Source of the DNA: a bacterium
GTDB lineage: Bacteria > Hinthialibacterota > Hinthialibacteria > Hinthialibacterales > Hinthialibacteraceae
Length of the DNA stretch: 53,074 nucleotides
Assembly (NCBI GenBank): GCA_963663405.2
Contig: CAXXSM010000112.1
Span: 1-53,074, forward strand
Direction: 5' to 3'
Shown piece by piece: positions 39,239 through 49,564 of this stretch (position 1 is the stretch's first letter; the number at the start of each line of letters is the position of its first letter). The position numbers were made by a program, and so were the translations under genes. Under the pieces are notes generated by a model, which was not told the origin of the DNA, did no database searches, and was given only the letters and a program-made list of their open reading frames with translations.

Positions 39239-39604
39239 TCAGCAATTGACTCTATTCAGAGGGATGAGATCAACCGTACTATCACGGAAACACAACGAAT
39301 AAACATTTCTCACAGCGGATTACTCAAGTTTAAACAATGTAGAAATAGCGAAAACGCCAAACGGCGGGTATTTGGCCAATTCGTCTTGATCAAGATGATA
39401 CGATCAGCCAAATAAAGGTTGAACAAACAAGAATACAATCGTTTATTTAGATTCTTACAAGGACGATATACGCTTCCCTCAATCCGAACGCCTGCATATT
39501 TTAATCGGGCAACCGCAAAGGCTGCAGTGCTTGAAAGAATAGATTCCAGCTTAAATTTCTAAAAAAATACAGTTTGAAATCAATCAAATTTCTTCTCGAA
39601 GCCT

Positions 39605-39943
39605 TTAAAAAATAACGGCGATTTTTCTGCCGTTTTCATCATCCGTAATACGGCATACTTTACCATGATAGATGGCGGGGAATCCTTCTTTCTCTTTTTC
39701 CCAGACTTGTTTTAATTCTAAATCCATAAACAGAGCGATCCGGATTTTATCGTCTAATCTAAAATCTTCATTGGAATAAAACGCCAACCCCCCCTACCAA
39801 TACAGGTCCGATATCTTCCGTCGTCGCGCTTCTTTCCATACTCCTTCGAGAAGGGTATTCCCTTCATCGAGGCTGTAAACAAAGGGAATACGCACAGTCT
39901 CCCGTTCAAACACACGGCGTTCCTGATTCATTTGCTCCTCCAT
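39605..39943 (-). CDS. PilZ-domain protein, frameshifted
   Basis: ERRVFER (RxxxR) motif and GKVCRI...KIAVIF; split at ~39790-39820. Confidence 0.65.
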
Positions 39944-40127
39944 TTGGATTCCATTAAATGAAAACGGCGTCAAGCCGGTTTCTATATTATACCCCAAAAG
40001 ATTCAGCGATCGATTGAGTAGACCTAACCGTCATTAAATCAAGCTCCGCTTTACGCCAATCGATAGCTCGCCGTATCTTTAATCACATACCATATACCGC
40101 CAGGGTTCTTCTGTCTACAAGATTATA

Positions 40128-41190
40128 TCAATTTTTTATCGGTGGAAGCACCATTGATGGATCCACTGTCTGATCGTAATCCCATATTTCAAAATGAAGC
40201 ACGCCCCGTTCCTGCGTAATCGGACGGCCGGAGTTCCCGATCCGAGCGATTTCCTGCCCCCGCTTGATTTTCTGCCCTTTCGTGACAAGAATCTCGCTGT
40301 TGTGGGCGTAGACGGTCCGGATCCCTTTGTCATCTTTCTTCCCATGATACAGAATCACATAATTCCCCAAACTGCTTCCCAGTTGATCGCTGAGTCCACC
40401 GACGACTTGCACTTCACCATTCGCGGCGGCGTACACCGACGAGCCAACCTCATCACTGAGATCGATTCCATTATTTAAAATCATTCGCATTCGGTTGATT
40501 AGGGACGCAGGATTTGAAAGGTATCCTTCAGCGGCCATTGAAAACGAATAGGCCCATATCGTTTCACTGCCCGTGGAAATTCCACTTCATCCGGTTCCGC
40601 ATCCGCCGTCTTCGTCTCTTCCACGGCGGGAGTGGGTGTGGGTACAATTTTCTCTTTCACGCGCGGTTCGGGCGTTGGGTTTTCTTGGGTGTGTCTTTCA
40701 CTATAGTAACGGAAGGTATATCCGCGTCTTTCACTCTTCCTTGCCTTCGGAACCCAGACCGTATCACCCGGCTGGACCTTGGAAGAATCCTGAATGTTGT
40801 TGGATTGCCGAATGGTTTGAGAAGAGATTTCGTACGCTTGGGCGATTGTGTTCACGGTCTCTCCTGGTCAACCGTGTGATACAGCCCATCCGGTTTGACC
40901 TCCGCGGCCAGCTCAACTTTCACAGAGCGCAGCTCCGTGGCGCCAGGAATGAACAGCTGCGCGCCGGGTTTGAGCGGTGTATTCGCACGGATATTGTTCA
41001 CCCGCTGGAGAAGCGGCAGTGAGATTTCATAGGTTCTGGCGATCGCGATCGGCGTTTCTCCTTCGCGGACCGTGTGCATCGCGCCATCCATGACGGGAAC
41101 GTCCGAATAACGGCCCGGTCCCGATGTCATGCATCCTGTAAGCAGGATGAACACAGCGGCGCCAATCAAAAGATTCCTCAACGCTTTCAT
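40128..41190 (-). CDS. LysM + M23 peptidase lipoprotein (NlpD-like), frameshifted
   Basis: Lipobox LLTGC, two LysM segments, FQWPL, GIDL, VYAHN, LHFEI. Confidence 0.85.
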
Positions 41191-41394
41191 TATCGATTAA
41201 CTCCCATAATATGAATTGTTTTTATTATACGGCGAAACGGGAAAAGACAAAAACTAGATTTTCTCCCCTTTTTAGATTATGCTTCCACTGATACAATCGA
41301 ATGAATTATTTTACATTTTATAAATCGTTGATGGCTCTTCTTCTAATGTTTTACGGTTCAGCCGAAGAGAAAGCAACACCGTTTCTATCTCTAA

Positions 41395-42038
41395 TTACGG
41401 TCTACGCGCGAGTCCTTTCCGGGCGCGGACGATACGATAGAAAGCGAATGGATCTTCTATCGATAGATCCACAAATCCGGCGTCACGGCAATGCGTCTCC
41501 CATTCGTCTTTTGTAAAAACTTGTGGAGAGACCTCCTCGGTTACGGTTAAAAATACGGCTTCGCCATTTTGGCAAAGCAGATTGAACAAATCCTTTACAA
41601 TCTTCCGCCGTTCCTCCGGTTTCAGGATAATCAGCATGAAACTGGATACGATTGTATCAAACTCTCCACGGAACGGAAGAAATTGGCTATCCCCAAGAAC
41701 GAAATGAACCGGGGTTCTCCAGAAATTTTACTTTTTGCGCGCGACAGCATCCCTTGGGATAGATCCAATCCCACGCAGAATCCAGCTTTCCTGCGCGCTT
41801 TTTCCAGCAGAAGCCCGGTTCCACAACCAATATCCAAAATCCGGCTGTTTTCCTCGATACAGCGATCCACTACGAATGCAACCGCTTGGCGGTACCCGGC
41901 GATCCCATCCGCGTAAAGCCAGTCATACACGCGGCCAATGAGATCGTAAAAACGGCGCGAATGAGCGCTGCTTTTCGAACTCGGATTCCGCCCCGCGTAC
42001 CGGAAAACGAGCCGTCCCCAAAACTCTCTTAGATTCAC
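41395..42038 (-). CDS. Class I SAM-dependent methyltransferase, frameshifted
   Basis: RILDIGCGTG, GLDLSQGML..A. Confidence 0.75.
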
Positions 42039-42121
42039 TGATCCAGCTCACTAAAATTATATTTTACGTAATATAGGATACAAAAAAAGAGGGAATTATC
42101 CAAGATACTGGATTGCGGTAA

Positions 42122-42859
42122 CTATTCGTCCGGTAACATGACATCCTCCAGCTTGATCCCTTTCAATTCCGGATGGACGCCAATCAAGTTTTCTATGGCG
42201 TAGTCTAAGAGATAACGATCGTACAACGGCCGCCAATCAATCTGCCTATTTGTCACGGAAAGAATCTTCTTCGCCACCGCTTCCGCCTCCACAGATCGGC
42301 GATGTCCTGGAACGCTCTTTTCAATCATATCTTCAATAGAATCCGGCGTCATCCTTCTCATTTCTTCAATTTTTTCTTTGGTATTGAATTGTTCGAGGAT
42401 AGGAGCCATCGCATCCACATCCCCCCAAAAATGAAGATATTTCTCCGCCGCTTCTTGAACAGTCATTCGTCCCGCGTAAATCTCTTCAACCGCCGCCAAT
42501 TGGGCTTTCAGGAAGATTTTTGTCTCTTGAAATTGTTTATCTGGAATCGAAGACGCTGTTCTCCGGATATACTCACGGATCTCATCCGTTGTAACGTGGA
42601 TCTCATATTTGGCAACCAACACATCCTGCGCAATCCGCCGCGCTTTACTGCGAAGAGCCACGATAGATGGATCAAGTTCGATCGAATTCGGAATCCTAGA
42701 TTCTCTTAAAAAAAGAGAATCACTCTCCACCCTGTCATCCGGATGTAGAGATCTCCTAGTTGCAAGATCGCCTATATTGACAAATAGCGCAGTGAGAATG
42801 ATTCCTAAAGCGATCACACAAACGGAGATCCCGAAAATGTTTTTGCGATTGAAACTCAC
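42122..42859 (-). CDS. Hypothetical membrane-anchored protein
   Basis: N-terminal TM segment; RBS GGAG; IS3 copy 2 is inserted 17 bp upstream of the start. Confidence 0.65.
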   Translation of the reverse strand: MSFNRKNIFGISVCVIALGIILTALFVNIGDLATRRSLHPDDRVESDSLFLRESRIPNSIELDPSIVALRSKARRIAQDVLVAKYEIHVTTDEIREYIRRTASSIPDKQFQETKIFLKAQLAAVEEIYAGRMTVQEAAEKYLHFWGDVDAMAPILEQFNTKEKIEEMRRMTPDSIEDMIEKSVPGHRRSVEAEAVAKKILSVTNRQIDWRPLYDRYLLDYAIENLIGVHPELKGIKLEDVMLPDE

Positions 42860-42946
42860 CGGCTCACTCCATAAAGTATACTGTACCCCAAAATTCGGAC
42901 AGCCATCTAAGGTAGGTTACCTCGAAGCCGACAATAGGTAGAAGAG

Positions 42947-43246
42947 GTGAACCAAATGATGAAAATGCGAAAAAATTTTGATGGAGCGTTCAAAGGCAAA
43001 GTGGCACTGGAGGCAATCAAAGGAGAGAAGACCTTAACCCAGATAGCGAGCGATTACAAAATTCATGTGAGCCAGATTCGACAGTGGAAAAAGCGCCTGT
43101 TGGAAGAAATCCCAGGCTTGTTTTCACGCAAGCAAGAAAAGAGTCAAGCGGAAGCCGAAGAACTGACGTCGGAACTTTACCGCCAGATTGGGCAAATGAA
43201 AGTCGAACTTGATTGGGTAAAAAAAAAGTCTAACGTGCTCAGTTAA
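42947..43246 (+). CDS. IS3 orfA (HTH)
   Basis: Same protein as 10990-11289. Confidence 0.9.
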   Translation: MNQMMKMRKNFDGAFKGKVALEAIKGEKTLTQIASDYKIHVSQIRQWKKRLLEEIPGLFSRKQEKSQAEAEELTSELYRQIGQMKVELDWVKKKSNVLS

Positions 43247-44066
43247 GAAAAGACGAAGTTGGATCGAACTAACTAATTCTGAGATTTCAATAAAGAGGCA
43301 ATGTGAATTGCTGGGGTTGTCTCGTTCAGGATTTTATTATCAACCCGTGGGCGAATCAGCCGAAAATGTAGCGCTGATGAACCTGCTTGATGAACAATAT
43401 ACCCGGACACCGTTTTACGGAATTCGGAAAATGCAGAAATGGTTGAGAACTCTAGGACGGGTTGTGAATAAGAAACGAATCGGTCGTTTAATGCGAGTGA
43501 TGGGCTTGGAGACGATCTACCCGAAGCCTCGTTTGAGCCTCGGAAATGTTCAGCATAAGAAATATCCATACCTGTTGAAGGGAGTGAAAATCGAAAGACC
43601 CAATCACGTGTGGAGCACCGATATCACCTATATACGTATGCGCCAAGGATTTGTTTACCTGGTGGCGATCTTAGACTGGTTTAGTCGTTATGTGGTGTCA
43701 TGGAAAGTCTCCACTTCGATGGAGGTTGACTTTTGCCTCGAAGCGTTGGAGATGGCTTTTGAAATTGATAAGCCAACGATCTTCAACAGTGACCAAGGCT
43801 CTCAATTCACAAGCACGGATTTTACGAGTCGCTTGAAGAAAGAGAGGACTCTCATCAGCATGGATGGAAGAGGCCGAGTGTTCGATAATATTTTCGTCGA
43901 ACGGTTATGGCGGTCAGTGAAATATGAGGAGGTCTATATCAAAAGTTACGAAACGGTGAATGATTGTGTGCGCGGACTAACGGATTATTTTCAGTTCTAC
44001 AATAATGAGCGTCTACACCAAGCCTTGGGATATAAGACGCCGCTTCAGGTTTATAGAGAACACTAG
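43221..44066 (+). CDS. IS3 orfB (DDE integrase core)
   Basis: Same protein as in copy 1. Confidence 0.9.
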   Translation, partial: KKSLTCSVKKRRSWIELTNSEISIKRQCELLGLSRSGFYYQPVGESAENVALMNLLDEQYTRTPFYGIRKMQKWLRTLGRVVNKKRIGRLMRVMGLETIYPKPRLSLGNVQHKKYPYLLKGVKIERPNHVWSTDITYIRMRQGFVYLVAILDWFSRYVVSWKVSTSMEVDFCLEALEMAFEIDKPTIFNSDQGSQFTSTDFTSRLKKERTLISMDGRGRVFDNIFVERLWRSVKYEEVYIKSYETVNDCVRGLTDYFQFYNNERLHQALGYKTPLQVYREH

Positions 44067-44674
44067 AAAACTTGACGGTCCAAGAACTTTGCGTTTGAGT
44101 TTTTTAAGGCATTGGCAAATGCTCTGGATTATCTTGAAATGATCGAAAAAAGGGGATGATCTGATACGTCTCCCTGACGGCAATCCGTCGCACACGCACC
44201 AGGATATCCCTTGACCGGTTGCTCTACAGCAGAACCGATCTCCGTTTCTCCTGGTAGTGTATAATATCGGAAAGTTTTATGAGAATCTGGAATCATCATG
44301 ATTTCCGGATCCCAAATAAGGAGACTTGAGTTGAACGAAATCGAGGTTGAAAACCTACTTTAAATTTCCTTGATTCCTGTCTTGACAATGGGGTACACCT
44401 CAAAGAGACCGTTCCTTTACGCTACATAAATACCTATTGGCCTATGACCACAATGAACAGTTGGATTTCTATAAGGGTTTGTAAATTAAATAGTTGCGGC
44501 AGCGAATTTCCTTGTAATCAAGTATAGGTTTCAAAAATCCTCGTTTTCGTTCTGTCAAAATCCCAATAAATTCAATATCTTCCCCAAAAAAAGGCTATTT
44601 TATACGCGCATAAAATGATAAAGTATAAGTATTAGATAACCATAAAAACAGATACTTTATCGAACCGGTGAAAA

Positions 44675-45349
44675 ATGACTCCCAACCAACACACGATCGA
44701 AGATAAAACCCTTCAAGTTTTTCGGAAGAAAAAAGTATTGAGAATCGGCCAACTCGCCCGGCTTCTCGAACGGTCTATCCCGACTGCGCGCCGGCGGCTG
44801 AAAGAGTGGAAAACCTATACGAGTTATAACCACAACGGACAATATTATGTGCTGCCTGACGTGCCCAAGTTTGACGCCAATGGATTATGGCAGTACGACT
44901 CGATCCGCTTCTCTCAACATGGCACGCTGAAAGAGACGGTGATCCATCTTGTGAAGAATTCGGACAGGGGGCTTTTCGCTCAAGAGATCGGCCGTCTTGT
45001 GGGGTTGGCGCCGCATTCATTCTTGTCTCATTTTCGAGGCGCGTCCGGCTTACAACGAGAACGGTTCAACGGACGATGGATTTATTTTTCCTCGGAGGAG
45101 ACGATCTTGAACGTACAAAAACGGGAAAGAGAACGGTGGGCGCAAACCCAATCCACTTCGCTCCTCACAGATGCGGAAGCCGTTCAACTCCTGGTGGAAA
45201 GGATTCGACATCCCCACCTCAGTTTAGACGATCTGAGCCAGGCGCTTCATACCAAGGGGATGGCCATCTCGTCCGAATCGATTCGCCGTTTTCTCGGCCA
45301 GCACGGCCTACTAAAAAAAACAACGGATACGCTCTCGTTCGACACCTGA
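44675..45349 (+). CDS. IS orfA, winged-helix/HTH protein
   Basis: IGQLARLLERSIPTARRRLK and further HTH-like segments; ends just after LLKK on an A8 run. Confidence 0.75.
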   Translation: MTPNQHTIEDKTLQVFRKKKVLRIGQLARLLERSIPTARRRLKEWKTYTSYNHNGQYYVLPDVPKFDANGLWQYDSIRFSQHGTLKETVIHLVKNSDRGLFAQEIGRLVGLAPHSFLSHFRGASGLQRERFNGRWIYFSSEETILNVQKRERERWAQTQSTSLLTDAEAVQLLVERIRHPHLSLDDLSQALHTKGMAISSESIRRFLGQHGLLKKTTDTLSFDT

Positions 45350-47124
45350 GAACATATAAGAATCAATTGCTGACCAACCTTTCGGCCGCCACGTGTTTCC
45401 CGTCTCCTCCGACCCTTGTGTTTCGGCCGTCTCATCGCGTTTGTTCTTGCGGCGCGAAACTGAAAGTGCAAAAAACACACAGGAGGACTCTTGTCACCTT
45501 GGATATTGGGGAATGGCACGCGAAAGAAATCCTTTACTATTGCGATGGCTGCGGCGATCCAACGATCCATTCTTCGGAAGAGTTACAAACGCTGGCGCCC
45601 CCTCGATGTAAGTTCGGATATGATATTTTGGTCGAGGTAGGAACCGCGTGGTTTCTCCGGCGCCGGAGTGAAACCAGTATTCAAGAAGAACTCGCCCGGA
45701 AACACATCCGGATTTCCAAGAGCGAAATCGAGTATCTCGCCCAAAAATTTATCATTTATCTGGCCGTTGTCCATCGAGAAAACGGTTCCAAAATCAAAGA
45801 AGATATGGCGTTGCGGGGAGGCTATATTCTCCAATTGGATGGAACGTGTGAAGGGGAAAGCCCTCATTTAATGAGTGTCTTGGATGGCCTTTCCGAAATT
45901 GTTTTGGACAACGTAAAAATTCCCTCGGAAAACGCGGAACAAATCATTCCGTTTCTCTCCCGGATTAAAGAGACGTACGGTCTCCCTCAAGCGTTGGTGA
46001 GTGATATGGGAAAAGGGATTGGATTGGCCATCCAAAAAGTGTTCCCGCTCGTCCCTGCTTTCCTCTGTCATTTCCATTTTTTGCGCGATCTCGGAAACGA
46101 TCTGTTCGGAATCGAAAACGATATTATTCGGACTCATTTGAAGAAGTACGGCCTGCAAAGTTTGTTGGGTAAATTGGTGAAAGAACTGAAGCCAATTATG
46201 AAGGCCGATCCAACCGGCATTGATTCCCTCGTCACGTGTATCGAAAGCCAAAACGGGGACGAAGAAACGGCGCCGGAATTCCTGCCCGCTGTCTATGCGT
46301 TAATTCTCTGGGGATTGGGCGCCAAACACCAAGGAGACGGCTTGGGATTTCCGTTCGATCGCCCCCATCTTGTTTTTTATCAACGGCTGGCCATCCTGCG
46401 CTCTACCTTCACAAAAATTCAGCCGGCTCCACCCATTGACCGTCCATTGTATCAACAACTCATTTGTACATTGCAGAAGGTCATGGACGATCCGATTCTC
46501 CACTATACCGCCTCCCAAATGCAGCAAAAGGTTCTTGTGTTCGATCGGCTGCGGAGAGCCATGCGCATCACTCTCCCCGGGAAGAAACAAGGCCTCAATG
46601 ATGAGGGAGAAGATACCGATATCCGGACCATCGAAAAGGGGGTGACTGAGTTCCGCGAATGGCTCTGCGGTGATCCCACTCTTTCAGCGGATGCCGATGT
46701 ACAAAAGATGATCGCGCAACTCGATAAATATTGGGAGAAACTCTTTGCCGATCCCATTGTGGTTGATACGCCGAATGGGAAAGTCACCATCCAACCGCAA
46801 AGGACAAACAATCTGCTGGAACGCTTCTTTCGGAATTTAAAACACAGCCATTGCAAAAAAACGGGAACGAGTTCGATGAAGAAGGTGTTAACGACTATGC
46901 TTCCGGATACGCCTCTCGTGAAAAACCTTGAAAATCGACACTATATGGAGATGATCTTGAAGGGAAGAGCCAGCCGGGAAGAACGATTTGCTGAAATTGA
47001 TTCGAACACCATTCGCGAAGAAATGAAAAAAGCCAAGATTCAGAACGAAGGAATTCCACGAAAATTAAAAAAAATCATCACCAAACACGATTTCCCTGGA
47101 ATCTTGATGAAGTGCTTTTCATAA
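45310..47124 (+). CDS. IS orfB, transposase with Zn-ribbon and DDE core
   Basis: CSCG...CDGC, LQLDGT, LVSDMGKGI, CHFHFLRD, RTNNLLERFFR; -1 frame relative to orfA at the A8 run (45313-45320). Confidence 0.8.
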   Translation, partial: TKKNNGYALVRHLRTYKNQLLTNLSAATCFPSPPTLVFRPSHRVCSCGAKLKVQKTHRRTLVTLDIGEWHAKEILYYCDGCGDPTIHSSEELQTLAPPRCKFGYDILVEVGTAWFLRRRSETSIQEELARKHIRISKSEIEYLAQKFIIYLAVVHRENGSKIKEDMALRGGYILQLDGTCEGESPHLMSVLDGLSEIVLDNVKIPSENAEQIIPFLSRIKETYGLPQALVSDMGKGIGLAIQKVFPLVPAFLCHFHFLRDLGNDLFGIENDIIRTHLKKYGLQSLLGKLVKELKPIMKADPTGIDSLVTCIESQNGDEETAPEFLPAVYALILWGLGAKHQGDGLGFPFDRPHLVFYQRLAILRSTFTKIQPAPPIDRPLYQQLICTLQKVMDDPILHYTASQMQQKVLVFDRLRRAMRITLPGKKQGLNDEGEDTDIRTIEKGVTEFREWLCGDPTLSADADVQKMIAQLDKYWEKLFADPIVVDTPNGKVTIQPQRTNNLLERFFRNLKHSHCKKTGTSSMKKVLTTMLPDTPLVKNLENRHYMEMILKGRASREERFAEIDSNTIREEMKKAKIQNEGIPRKLKKIITKHDFPGILMKCFS

Positions 47125-47200
47125 AGACGGAATTATTAAATCCAACCGTTTGTTGGGGTCATAGCTATTGGCTATCATAACGCAAAAACATACTATCAAC

Positions 47201-47293
47201 AAATAAATCCGTATGATTGAGATCACTACCTGCAAATGAAAATGAGTTGCGGGAGCGAATTCGAACGAGAAAGCCTTAGGAACTCATTTTCAT
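47201..47293 (-). repeat. Dispersed repeat, copy C (hairpin + tail)
   Basis: Perfect 13-bp IR ATGAAAATGAGTT (47236-47248) / AACTCATTTTCAT (47281-47293); tail TGCAGGTAGTGATCTCAATCAT on the minus strand. Confidence 0.85.
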
Positions 47294-47359
47294 ATAAAAA
47301 AAAGAGGCGGAAGAAAACAACCACCTCTTTCATTATTACCAAAGGATTTTCTAGATAGA

Positions 47360-48613
47360 TTACTGATGCAAGACAAAGAAATCGTGACGTTTGCTGGCGG
47401 TTTGTTCGAAAATATAGCGGAAAACGGCCTCTTCTGTATCTGAGAGTTCCAAACCGCGTCGGTTCATCACCCGCCGGGCGACCTGAATACACTTTTCGAA
47501 GCGGTATTCCACCATACGATCCGCGCCGCCCCAGGTGAAGCAAGGGATGTATTTCGGTGGGAAATTCGAGCCGAAGACATTGCAGCCAACGCCTACAATC
47601 GTCCCTGTGTTGAGCATCGTATTAATGCCCATCTTGGAATGATCGCCGATGGTCGAACCGACGAACTGGCTGCCTGTATCCACCGCGACTCCATTCACAA
47701 AGCACTTCACAATGCCGTAATCGTTTTTCAAATCGCTGTTGTTGGTATCAGCGCCGATGTTCACCCATTGGCCAAGGTAAGCGTGTCCGAGAAAGCCTTC
47801 GTGCTGCTTATTGCTATACGAGTGAATAATACTCTCTTCCACCTCGCCGCCCACTTTGCACACTTCGCCGACGCTTGTGCCTTCATAGATCTTCGCGGCG
47901 ATTTTGATCGCGGATTTCTTGCCGATATAACAAGGTCCTTCAATCACTGCCTGCGGAAAGATTTTCGCGCCTTCGTCAATAATGACCGGACCGCCTTCCG
48001 CGTCGATCACCACGCCGGGTTTGACCGAAGCGCACTCAGCGATCGTCACACGTTCTGGATCGAGGATGTGAACGCCTTCATATACTTTCCCGTCTTTGGC
48101 GCCATTGCAACCGAGAACGGCCGCGTCGGCTTCGATCTGAACGGGATTGTGATGGACCAAATCCCACGAATATGTGATCACGTCCGCTTCGACTTCGGTT
48201 ACAGGAATGCCGAGAAACGCCGAGACGGAAATTGGCTTTGACCAATTGATCTTAGCGAGATTTTTACCCGACAGGCGGGCGGCGGCGACGTCATCGCCGA
48301 CACGATATATCTGGTCTTCCCCATCGATCGTAATGGTTTTCGCTAAGGTTTCGTTCCACAGAATCCGGCCGTTTAATAATAACGCGCGATCGGCGAAACC
48401 GCCGTTGACTTTATTGGTTCCTTTTTGTTCTTTGACGAGAGCGGCAAGGTAGCCGCGCGTATGATACCCCATCTCAGAACCAGGATAAGCCGACTGCGCC
48501 TTTTCACATAACAAACGGATTCCACAGCGCAAATCGTACACCGGGCGGTTCCAAGAAAGAGGACGAAGCGACAGATGTCCTTCGTCTTCAAATAAGATAA
48601 TCTGACTGGCCAT
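47360..48613 (-). CDS. GlmU-like putative sugar nucleotidyltransferase / acetyltransferase (hexapeptide repeats)
   Basis: L.PLS..RPVYDLRCG, left-handed beta-helix repeats, KVGGEVEES...SNKQHEGFLGH, ADTNNSDLKN. Confidence 0.85.
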   Translation of the reverse strand: MASQIILFEDEGHLSLRPLSWNRPVYDLRCGIRLLCEKAQSAYPGSEMGYHTRGYLAALVKEQKGTNKVNGGFADRALLLNGRILWNETLAKTITIDGEDQIYRVGDDVAAARLSGKNLAKINWSKPISVSAFLGIPVTEVEADVITYSWDLVHHNPVQIEADAAVLGCNGAKDGKVYEGVHILDPERVTIAECASVKPGVVIDAEGGPVIIDEGAKIFPQAVIEGPCYIGKKSAIKIAAKIYEGTSVGEVCKVGGEVEESIIHSYSNKQHEGFLGHAYLGQWVNIGADTNNSDLKNDYGIVKCFVNGVAVDTGSQFVGSTIGDHSKMGINTMLNTGTIVGVGCNVFGSNFPPKYIPCFTWGGADRMVEYRFEKCIQVARRVMNRRGLELSDTEEAVFRYIFEQTASKRHDFFVLHQ

Positions 48614-48694
48614 AGTGTATCTCCTTCAATACAAGCGCGGGGCCGAACCTTGCCAAGCCCAGCCCCCGCTTAAGAATGATCTGTTCAACGGGAA

Positions 48695-49468
48695 TCAAGC
48701 GGATGGTTTGTTATCATATATCCACTTGTAATAGTCGTACCGTTTCAACTTCGTCGCGGCGGGTTCATCCAATATAAAGGTCGCTTGTGGATGCATCTGA
48801 AGCGCGGAAGCGGTAATATCCGCCGTCACGGGGCCTTCAATCGCTTTGGCGATGGTTTCGGCTTTCTTTTCCCCGTTGCAAACCAGCAGGCAATGGCGCG
48901 CTTCCATGATAGTGCCTACGCCCATTGTGATCGCATAGCGTGGCACATCATCAATGGATTCGAAGAAACGGGCGTTGTCTTCGATGGTCTCTTCCGTCAG
49001 GGTTTTCATGCGCGTGCGGGAAGCGAGAGAAGAGCCGGGTTCATTAAACGCGATATGTCCGTCTCCTCCGATACCGAGTAATTGGAGATCAATTCCACCA
49101 GCCTTGTCGATTTCATCTTCATACCATTCGCAGAACGCGATATGATCGTCGGCGGTGCCACTTGGCACGTGAACGTTTTCGGGCTGAATATTGACGTGAT
49201 TGAACAGATTATCGTGCATGAAGTAGTGATACGATTGATCGTGCGAAGTGGGGAGTCCTACATATTCATCCAGGTTGAACGACACGACCTTCGAAAAATC
49301 CAATCCCTCATCCTTGTGCATGCGGATCAATTCTTTGTACAAACCAACCGGTGTGCCGCCCGTGGCCAGTCCCAGCACGCAATTCGGTTTGTTGCGCACC
49401 AACTTGGCGATAATTTCCGCGCCAGTCTTACTCATTGCCTCATAATCTTTTTTAATAATTACTTCCAT
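48695..49468 (-). CDS. nagB: Glucosamine-6-phosphate deaminase
   Basis: VLGLATGGTP, FNLDEYVGL, GGIDLQLLGIG.DGHIAFNEPGS, AITMGVGTI. Confidence 0.97.
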   Translation of the reverse strand: MEVIIKKDYEAMSKTGAEIIAKLVRNKPNCVLGLATGGTPVGLYKELIRMHKDEGLDFSKVVSFNLDEYVGLPTSHDQSYHYFMHDNLFNHVNIQPENVHVPSGTADDHIAFCEWYEDEIDKAGGIDLQLLGIGGDGHIAFNEPGSSLASRTRMKTLTEETIEDNARFFESIDDVPRYAITMGVGTIMEARHCLLVCNGEKKAETIAKAIEGPVTADITASALQMHPQATFILDEPAATKLKRYDYYKWIYDNKPSA

Positions 49469-49564
49469 GATACATCACTTCTCCTTTCAGAATAGATAAA
49501 ACCAAACAACTAACTTCTTATTGTTTTCAATTCATATTGCGTTTTTCAAAACGTCTCTCTTGGT

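Larger units (their letters stand above)
42877..44402 (+). mobile_element. IS3-family element, copy 2 (1526 bp) with 3-bp TSD
   Basis: Appears identical to 10920-12445; AAG at 42874-42876 and 44403-44405. Confidence 0.95.
44442..47164 (+). mobile_element. Insertion sequence (2723 bp), two-ORF DDE element, family unassigned (Mutator/IS256/IS66-like motifs)
   Basis: 27-bp IRs CTATGACCACAATGAACAGTTGGATTT / CTATGACCCCAACAAACGGTTGGATTT (23/27); 8-bp TSD CTATTGGC (44434-44441, 47165-47172). Confidence 0.92.

Noticed and set aside
10920-44402. Composite transposon formed by the two directly repeated IS3 copies
   Set aside because: Copy 2 has its own AAG duplication, the outer flanks (ACA/AAG) do not match, and the interval carries housekeeping genes (ndk, tRNA-Met, hemL)
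44887-45309. N-terminal ~140 aa of the 745-aa ORF
   Set aside because: Overlaps orfA out of frame; transposase-like sequence starts only at the A8 run
13811-47293. CRISPR array or integron attC interpretation of the repeats
   Set aside because: Copies are dispersed rather than regularly spaced; no cas or intI gene; no RYYYAAC/GTTRRRY boxes at the stem ends
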